From Paraspadella gotoi (lineage: Eukaryota > Animalia > Chaetognatha), in contig JBJCIZ010000410.1 of assembly GCA_051294375.1 (NCBI GenBank), positions 1 to 5,764 on the forward strand: a DNA stretch of 5,764 bases, written 5' to 3'. Under the pieces are notes generated by a model. It was not told the DNA's origin. It searched no databases and saw only the letters and a list, made by a program, of their open reading frames with translations. The first letter of the stretch is position 1, and every line of letters begins with the position of its first letter. The translations under genes and the position numbers were made by a program. Of the stretch, positions 1 through 5,764 are shown in pieces.

Positions 1-21
1 AAATGGGGTGGGGGAGGAATG

Positions 22-77
22 CAATCAATCAAAGAAGCAAACAATAAACCAATCAATGATCAATCAATACAATAATC
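22..77. repeat. Degenerate (CAAT)n / A-rich low-complexity tract
   Basis: caatcaatc, caataaaccaatcaatgatcaatcaatacaataatc. Confidence 0.6.
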
Positions 78-136
78 GTAAAATATTTGACAGTACAAAG
101 CTAAAAAAAAAACGAATTTGACGGAGACAAACAAGG

Positions 137-180
137 GACATTTTAAGACATTTTAAGACATTTTAAGACATTTTAAGACA
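137..180. repeat. Perfect 10-bp tandem repeat (GACATTTTAA) x4.4
   Basis: Read directly: gaca ttttaa repeated, with units starting at 137, 147, 157, 167 and a partial unit at 177. Confidence 0.97.
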
Positions 181-420
181 GAATGCATTAAAAAAAAATG
201 TTACAATATTTACAGCAATGGTGAGTGCTGGGTGAGTGCGAAGTTTCCCTTACCCTCATAAACCCATGAGCTAGGAGAACTCGACGTCTTGTCCGCCATG
301 CATAGAATATTGGAAATTTTTTTTTATTTTGCGATTTTTTTGCGAGGTGTTGTGTACGCCTCATTTTCCGTCTAATCTAGATGATTAATTAGCGTTTATC
401 GTCGTTTCGTCTCATCTTGT

Positions 421-576
421 ACCGGAAGTGGGCGTGGCAGTCCGTAAGGAAGGGGCGTTGGAGAGTCACTGCGTCACACGTCGATGTTGAAGCCGCAGAA
501 AGGGATGATGTGAGGCCAAACAGGGCTAAGCCTGTTTCAACGACGTCCAATTGGCCGGGATCTTTGGGGGCGTGGT
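421..576 (+). promoter_or_regulatory. Possible metazoan-type promoter motif cluster (ETS, Sp/KLF, CCAAT)
   Basis: ACCGGAAGTG (ETS consensus) at 421-430 overlaps GGGCGTGGC (Sp/KLF-type) at 430-438. CCAATTGG at 547-554 and GGGGGCGTGG at 566-575. Motif matches only, with no transcript evidence. Confidence 0.3.
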
Positions 577-639
577 AACCTGCTCTTTGAAGTCGACGGC
601 GCGTAAGGGGGGGGTGGTGTCCAGCTGCAAGCATTCCGA

Positions 640-1082
640 CAGATTCCACTCTTGTTCGCCAACAGATTCCATTCTGTTCCACTTTATTCCATCAAATTCC
701 ACATCTCTTCTCCATCAGATTCCACTTTATTCCATCAAATTCCACTTTTCTTCTCTATCCGATTCCACTTTATTCCATCAAATTCCACTTTACTCTTCTC
801 TCCGATTCCACTTAATTCCATCAAATTCAACTTTTCTTCTCTATCCGATTCCACTTAATTCCATCAAATTCCACTTTTCTTCTCTATCCGATCCCACTTC
901 ATTTCATCAAATTACACTTTATTCCATCAAATTCCACATTTCTCTTCTCTATCAGATTTCATTTTTTTTCATCAAATTCCACTTTTCTTCTCCTTCAGAT
1001 TCCATTCTTCTTTCTCCATGAGATGCCATTGTGTTCCAAAAAATTCCACTCCTCTTCCACGTCAGATTTCGTTTTATTCCAT
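640..1082. repeat. Array A: 43-bp minisatellite, consensus GATTCCACTTTATTCCATCAAATTCCACTTTTCTTCTCTATCC
   Basis: Units start at ~675, 718, 761, 804, 847 and 890. The 890 unit is lengthened by an internal duplication. Further starts at 955, 998 (short unit), 1022 and 1065. The + strand is nearly devoid of G. Confidence 0.95.
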
Positions 1083-1316
1083 GCTGCCAATCTCAAATGG
1101 CTTCGCCAAAGAGAGAGTGAGAGAAGGAGAAATTGACTCAGAGATTTTTTATTTAGAAATAGTAGTTAATATTTTGCATCAAGCAACGGCAGGTGAACAG
1201 TGCATTATTCATTCACATCACCCTGAAATCAAATTAACTATGGAGGGCAAAGTTTGCCGTGAAGTAGAAGTAATATTCGTTATCAAATTGAAATATTTAT
1301 AAACCCTCTGCCGGGA

Positions 1317-1368
1317 GTAAGCAAATAACGCGCGAATTTTTTTTTTCATATATTTGTTGTGTTGACAG
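1317..1368 (+). other. Candidate 52-nt spliceosomal intron
   Basis: Begins GTAAGC, has a T-rich interior and ends TTGTGTTGACAG. GC-rich sequence follows immediately. No recognisable spliced product. Confidence 0.3.
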
Positions 1369-1719
1369 TTCCTCGCCAGCAAGCTGTGATGCAGGAGCCT
1401 TCGCGGGCGACGTATGGCCACTTCGTCGGTCGCGACTGGAAAGGGCGTCCCGCCATGCGAAATGATTAACGTGGGGGCGTGGCGAACGCGCGCGGGCGAA
1501 ACTTGTTGTTGCGATGCGTTTCCAGGAGGCGTCACCTCATCTCGTATCGCCGGTAGCCGAAGCTCGCGTCGTCGCCACTTACATCTTTAATAAGTTCCGG
1601 TCTTGCAATTGCAAGGTGCGGCGATGCTGGTGCTGCTTGAAGCTTTTCATTTGTCTTCAGGTTTCACTAAGTGGAAGTCCTCCACTCTCCATATTCTTCG
1701 GCGAAACGGTGTATCTCAA

Positions 1720-2863
1720 GTGGAATCAAGTTTGTCTCTGCTGGAAACATCAATGGAATCAAGTCATTCATAGATGGAACAGCAAATCGGTGACGGAACC
1801 GAATCTTCTTTGATGGAACCGTGTTTTTTTTCGAATGGAATTGCATCTCACAGCGATTAAACAGTCTTTCCTCGATGAAACCAAACTTCTCTTTGGCGAT
1901 GGAACCGATATTTTTTTGATGGAACCAAATTTTTCTCTGTTGGAATCGCGTCTCGGCGATGCAACAAAGTTCTCTCTTAATAGAACCAAATCCTTTTTCG
2001 GTGAGATCGCGTCTCGGCGATGGAACCGAATCTTTCTTCGATGGAACCAACTCATTGTTTGGTGGAATCGCATATCGGCAATGGAACCAAGTCCTCCCAT
2101 GATGGAACCGATTTTCTCTTTTTTGTCGATGGAACAATTTTCCCTTGACGGAACCAAAAATTTTTTCGGTGGAAATGGCGATGGAACCAAATCTCTCCTT
2201 GATGGAACCAAATGTTTGTCCGCCAGAATTGCATATCGGCAATGGAACCAAGTCCCTCCATGATGGAACCGATTTTTTTGACGATGGAATAGGTTTCCCT
2301 TGATGAAACCAATTTTTTCGGTGGAAATGGCGATGGAACCAAGTCTTTCATGGATGGAATCGAATCTCTCCATGATGGAACCGAGGTTTTCCTTCGTCGA
2401 TGGGACTGTGTCCCTAGACTCCTTGATGGAACCAAAGTCATCTCCGGTGGAATCGCATCTTTCGGCGATAGAAAAGGATATCTCTCTGATGGAACCGAGT
2501 CTTTCCCTTGGTCGAATCCCGCCTTGGCGATGGAACCAAGTATTTCGTTGATGGAACTCGGTGGAACCGGTTCCCGTCGATGGATCCGAGTATTTCTCTG
2601 ATGGAACCAAATCTTTGTTCGGTAGTTCCATATCGACGATGGAACCAAGTATTTCCCTCATAGGGCCGAATCTCTCCTCGATGGAATCACGTCTCACGGA
2701 TGGAACCAAGATCGATGGAACCGATCTCTTTATGTTGGAATCGCGCGCCGGTGATGGAACCGGACCTTTGTTTGGTAGAACTGCATATCGGCGATGCAAC
2801 AAAACATTTCCTTCATAGGACCGAGTCTCTCCGCGATGGAATCGCATCTCAGCGATGGAACCG
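1720..2863. repeat. Array B: degenerate ~20-bp tandem repeat with GATGGAACC(A/G)A and TGGAATCGC cores
   Basis: Roughly 50 TGGAA-type cores by manual count, mostly 19-22 bp apart (e.g. 1900, 1920, 1941, 1960, 1981 and 2021, 2042, 2063, 2082, 2103), separated by variable T/C-rich linkers. Confidence 0.95.
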
Positions 2864-2870
2864 CGTCCAG

Positions 2871-3035
2871 AATGCTTTGTCTGACTTCTACTCAGGGAAG
2901 ATTGACGCTCTCGCCGAATTCCTGACTCCGGGTGAAAAAAATTATGACATGTACGTACAGGTCAAATTAATGACGCAACGCGGCACGGTACCAATTTTCA
3001 ACTTTCAACCAAACTTTAAAACAACGCTCGACGGC
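2871..3035 (+). CDS. Candidate coding exon or fragment of an unknown protein (NALSDFYSGKIDALAEFLTPGEKNYDMYVQVKLMTQRGTVPIFNFQPNFKTTLDG)
   Basis: Non-repetitive, globular-looking 55 codons. Preceded by CAG (2868-2870) and followed by GTAAG (3036-3040), both at codon boundaries. Lies within track ORF 2700..3230. No family recognised. Confidence 0.4.
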
Positions 3036-3042
3036 GTAAGGA

Positions 3043-3148
3043 NNNNNNNNNNNNNNNNNNNNNNNNNNNNNNNNNNNNNNNNNNNNNNNNNNNNNNNNNN
3101 NNNNNNNNNNNNNNNNNNNNNNNNNNNNNNNNNNNNNNNNNNNNNNNN
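3043..3148. other. Assembly gap (106 N)
   Basis: Run of N. Confidence 1.
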
Positions 3149-3462
3149 GAGAAAGCGACAAAATTTAAAGTCGATAGCAACGAGAAATCAAAAAAACGAC
3201 GAGACCGAAAGGAAGCGAAAACTCTTTTAACAATAACAAAGAGAGAGAAGGCGGCCGCGAAAAATTGGGTACTCGTGACCTCAATATTTATTCGTTCCCA
3301 TTTAGGGATTTGCCCGTCATAGGCGGAGCCGGCCTTTTCTTATTTTACTTTTGGGCCTCGGCGGCGAATTGCGGCGGCGGGTCGATGTAAAGGAGGCCGC
3401 CGATATTCTCCACTTTGATCGGGACGGTGACCGTCTTCTCTACCGGCAACAGGGCGGCGGCG

Positions 3463-3509
3463 ATAGCGGTGGCGCTATTCGCGCTCTATAGCGCTATAGC
3501 TCTATAGCG
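3463..3509. other. Cluster of CTATAG/CGCTAT palindromes in GC-rich sequence
   Basis: ATAGCG-gtgg-CGCTAT (3463-3478), perfect CTATAGCGCTATAG (3486-3499), CGCTATAG-ct-CTATAGCG (3492-3509). CTATAG occurs at 3486, 3494 and 3502. Confidence 0.85.
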
Positions 3510-3596
3510 GCGGCGGCGAATCTTCCGGTTTCTCTCGTCGTCGGGAGAGCGTGTTTATCTTTAAAAAGAGCCTTTTTCACTCGGCGATGAAGGCGT

Positions 3597-4668
3597 GAAG
3601 GGCAGGGAATCTTTCCTACTTTCAGCGTCACCCTTCTCTCGGCGGAAAAGGTCCGGAGAAAGTCTTCTCCTCCTCGGCGAAAATCTTCTCTCGGCGGAGA
3701 GGGACTGGGGAAAGGCTTCCCCCACTCGGCGACGGTCTTCTCTCGGCGGAGAAGGGCTGGGGAAAGGCTTCCCCTACTCAGCTTCGCCCTTTTCTTTCGG
3801 CAAAGAAGGGCCGGGGAAAGAAAAAACTTTTCCCTTTCTTCTCTCTTCAGCGGGATGCCGGGGAAAAAAAATTCTCCCTTTGCCTTTCTTTAGCGACGCC
3901 CTTCTCTCGGCGGAAAAGTCCAGGGAAAAGCGACGCTTCCCTTCTCTCCTTCTTCAGCGAGACCCTTCTCTCGACAGAGAAGTCCGGGGAAAACCGACGT
4001 TTCCCTTCTCTCTTTCTGCAGCTAGGCCCTTCTCTCGACGGAGAAGTCCAGGGAAAAACCGAAGTTTCCTTCTCTTCTTTTTTCTTATGGCAGGGCCCTT
4101 CTCTATCGACCGGAGGAAGTCCCAGGGAAAAACACGACGTTTATCCTTCTCTCTTTCCTTTTATGCCGAGCCCTTTCTCCTTGGCAAGATTGAGTCAGGA
4201 AAGAACGGTCGTTTCTACCCTTCTCTCATTTCTCTTTCTTTCTGCAGGGCCTTCCTCTCGACGCGGAGAAGGCTCAGGGAAAACGACGTTTCCCTTCTCT
4301 TACTTTTCTTTCTTCGGCAGGGCTTTTCTGGGAAGGCAAGGGAAAAATCGAGTTTCCCTTCGCTTTTTTTCTTCACGAAGGCCCTTCTCTTGGAGAGAAG
4401 TCCAGGGAAAAACGTCGTTTCCTTTCTTCTTTTCTCTGCGGGCCCTTCTTCGACGGAGAGTGCGGGAAAAACGCGTTTCCTTCACTTTTTTTTAGCGCGG
4501 CCCTTTCCTGTCAGAGAAGTCCCAGGGAAACGTCGTTTCCTCTCTTTCTTTTCTTTCTGCAGGGCCTTCTTCGACGGGAAGTCCAGGGAAAGCGACGTTT
4601 TCCCTTCTCTTCTTTCTTTAGCGGGCCTTCTCTTGGCCAGAGAAGTCAGGGAGCGACGTTCTTTGGCG
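3597..4668. repeat. Array C: ~16 tandem 52-78-bp units, each with two inverted repeats plus a polypyrimidine tract
   Basis: Consensus is approximately GGCCCTTCTCTCGACGGAGAAGTCCAGGGAAAAACGACGTTTCCCTTCTCT(Y)nCAG. Hairpin-1 starts at 3633, 3685, 3737, 3789, 3901, 3965, 4029, 4098, 4173, 4251, 4323, 4384, 4445, 4503, 4566 and 4627, with partial units near 3597-3630 and 3855-3895. Confidence 0.95.
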
Positions 4669-4816
4669 TTCCTGAGGAAAAAAGATTACGCTGCAGCCCT
4701 GCTTCCTTTCTTCCTTCTTCCTCGTTAAAAAGGCTAAAAGGGTGGTAGAGACGGCGACGATGTTGATTAGAATGAATAGAATGCTCAAAAAGACGAAGAG
4801 AGAAATTAAGAAGAGA

Positions 4817-4842
4817 GAAATTTTTTTTTTATAAAAAATTTC
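4817..4842. other. AT-rich inverted repeat GAAATTTTTT-ttttat-AAAAAATTTC
   Basis: 10-bp perfect arms at 4817-4826 and 4833-4842 with a 6-nt loop. Confidence 0.6.
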
Positions 4843-4882
4843 AGTTGTTTACATTAGTAATTTTTAATTCTTTCTTTTTCTC

Positions 4883-5296
4883 TCATGATAGATTGATATC
4901 TTTTTTAATGCGTGAAAAGAGCGAAAATATGAAAAGAAGCGTCTTCAGGAATAGGGTGGAAAGGTGTGTTATGTACAAGACAGCACATTTGGGGCACTTG
5001 GAATAAAGATATCCTCCGTGAAATTAATAGATACGGGAAATAAAGGTAAAGCGTTTTTGAGAGAGTGGGTAGTATTCAGCAAATGTAGAAGTGGGAAGAA
5101 AGGTGAAAGTGATCGTGAAATCAACGAACCCTGTGAGGAAGAAGGAGAGAAAGGGGAGGAAGTCAGGAGGCGAAGCCCTTCCTATCGGTTGGATCGTGTC
5201 GTCGATGTTAGTGTCGTCGCTATCGTCTTCTTCGTTGTCATCGGCATTGGTCGTTAGCGGATTCGTCGTCGTGTTGCGTCGTCGTGCTATGGCTTC
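4883..5296 (-). pseudogene. Possible decayed ORF with an acidic tract and a CxxC motif
   Basis: Manual translation gives 90 stop-free codons (EAIARRRNTTTNPLTTNADDNEEDDSDDTNIDDTIQPIGRASPPD...RFTFISRIY), one TAA at 5024-5026, then 46 codons (FHGGYLYSKCPKCAVLY...DINLS) and TGA. No in-frame ATG and no recognised homology. Confidence 0.2.
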
Positions 5297-5397
5297 TTAC
5301 ATGTGTCGGCATCGTCGTTTTAGGATCGTTCGTCGTGTTCGTCGTCGTCGCTATCGTTCTTAGGTTGTCGGCATCGTGTTGGCATGTTCGTCGTGCT
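5195..5397. repeat. Degenerate (GTC/CGT/TCG)n low-complexity tract with internal duplications
   Basis: GTCGTCGCTATCGT at 5213-5226 and 5344-5357, TGTCGGCATCGT at 5304-5315 and 5366-5377, plus many tcgtcg runs. Confidence 0.8.
5289..5363 (+). CDS. Hypothetical 24-aa Arg-rich peptide MASYMCRHRRFRIVRRVRRRRYRS
   Basis: ATG at 5289 in gctATGg context, TAG at 5361-5363, 11 of 24 residues are Arg. It is the C-terminal part of track ORF 5091..5363 and may be an artefact of the CGT-rich tract. Confidence 0.15.
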   Translation: MASYMCRHRRFRIVRRVRRRRYRS

Positions 5398-5764
5398 GGA
5401 CATAAAACTTTTGATAACACTTTGAAAGTTGATTTTATTTCGTTTTTATTAATGAAACTTGTATTATAATTACTTATTATTACAGCTGTTGGTGGATATT
5501 AAGAATTTTACTTCACTAGTATGTGGGGGTTTCATTGATTCTATAATTTTTACTTAAGGTCTGAGGGACTGCGTTTGGGAGAAAGCGGCGAGCCAGAGGA
5601 TCATAGATTAGAATAGAATAATAATAGAATTAACTATGTATTTAAAAAATAGAAAAATCGAAATAATATGATGAATAAATGTAAAAGTGCTTAAAGTTTG
5701 AAAATTTAATAGTTAAAAAGTGGAAACCAAGAATTTGTGAAACCCCCCACAATTTTTTGTTGTA

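Noticed and set aside
218-380. ATG|GTGAGT...CTAG candidate 54-nt intron (221-274)
   Set aside because: The spliced product is a short Phe-rich peptide running through T-tracts, and the acceptor is weak.
389-682. 97-aa minus-strand ORF
   Set aside because: It starts inside array A, has no recognisable motif, and is a length expected by chance in GC-rich sequence.
551-1021. 156-aa and 68-aa ORFs over array A
   Set aside because: The 43-bp unit is not a multiple of 3, and the G-poor strand has few stop codons.
1667-2847. Overlapping long ORFs on both strands (359, 198, 194, 142 aa and others)
   Set aside because: All are translations of GATGGAACC repeats (MEP/DGT/WN and GSI/FH/VPS) that switch frame between monomers. 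Several frames being open at once indicates a compositional artefact.
640-2863. Human satellite II/III (CATTC/GGAAT)n
   Set aside because: Only a pentamer-like core is shared. There is no contiguous 5-bp periodicity, and the periods here are 43 and ~20 bp.
1720-4668. CRISPR array interpretation of arrays B or C
   Set aside because: There are no identical 23-50-bp repeats with unique constant-length spacers. The linkers are short or low-complexity and related to each other, and no cas-like ORF is present.
3595-4728. 377-aa + strand ORF and nested ORFs (4163..4495, 4300..4485)
   Set aside because: It coincides with array C and starts at GTG. Unit lengths are mostly not multiples of 3, so the peptide repeats drift between frames. 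The repeat is poor in TAA/TAG/TGA, which explains the openness.
4964-5469. + strand ORFs with apparent transmembrane Val-rich segments (4964..5257, 5284..5469)
   Set aside because: The hydrophobic stretches are translations of the (GTC)n tract, and the ORFs do not start at ATG.
5515-5520. CTAG as a Helitron 3' end
   Set aside because: No GC-rich hairpin lies just upstream on either strand.
1-5764. Assignment to a named virus, Polinton or host taxon
   Set aside because: No hallmark gene (polymerase, integrase, capsid, ATPase) or recognisable terminal repeat is in the window. The architecture alone is not diagnostic.

Overview
No standard bacterial-style gene, rRNA, tRNA or recognisable transposase is visible. 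The window reads as CpG-rich eukaryotic DNA, or DNA of a eukaryotic virus or endogenous viral element (inference), with a 106-N assembly gap at 3043-3148. Three degenerate tandem arrays dominate it. (A) A 43-bp pyrimidine-rich array with ATTCCA cores (~640-1082). (B) An array of roughly 50 GATGGAACC-type cores at ~20-bp spacing (~1720-2863), sharing core words with A in the opposite orientation. (C) About 16 copies of a 52-78-bp unit (~3597-4668), each with two inverted repeats showing apparent compensatory substitutions, followed by a polypyrimidine tract. Most long ORFs in the track are probably by-products of these stop-poor repeats. The best coding candidate is a non-repetitive 55-codon segment (2871-3035) bounded by CAG and GTAAG. 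There is also a possible decayed minus-strand ORF (4883-5296) and a short Arg-rich ORF (5289-5363). No gene could be named and the organism cannot be determined from the sequence alone.
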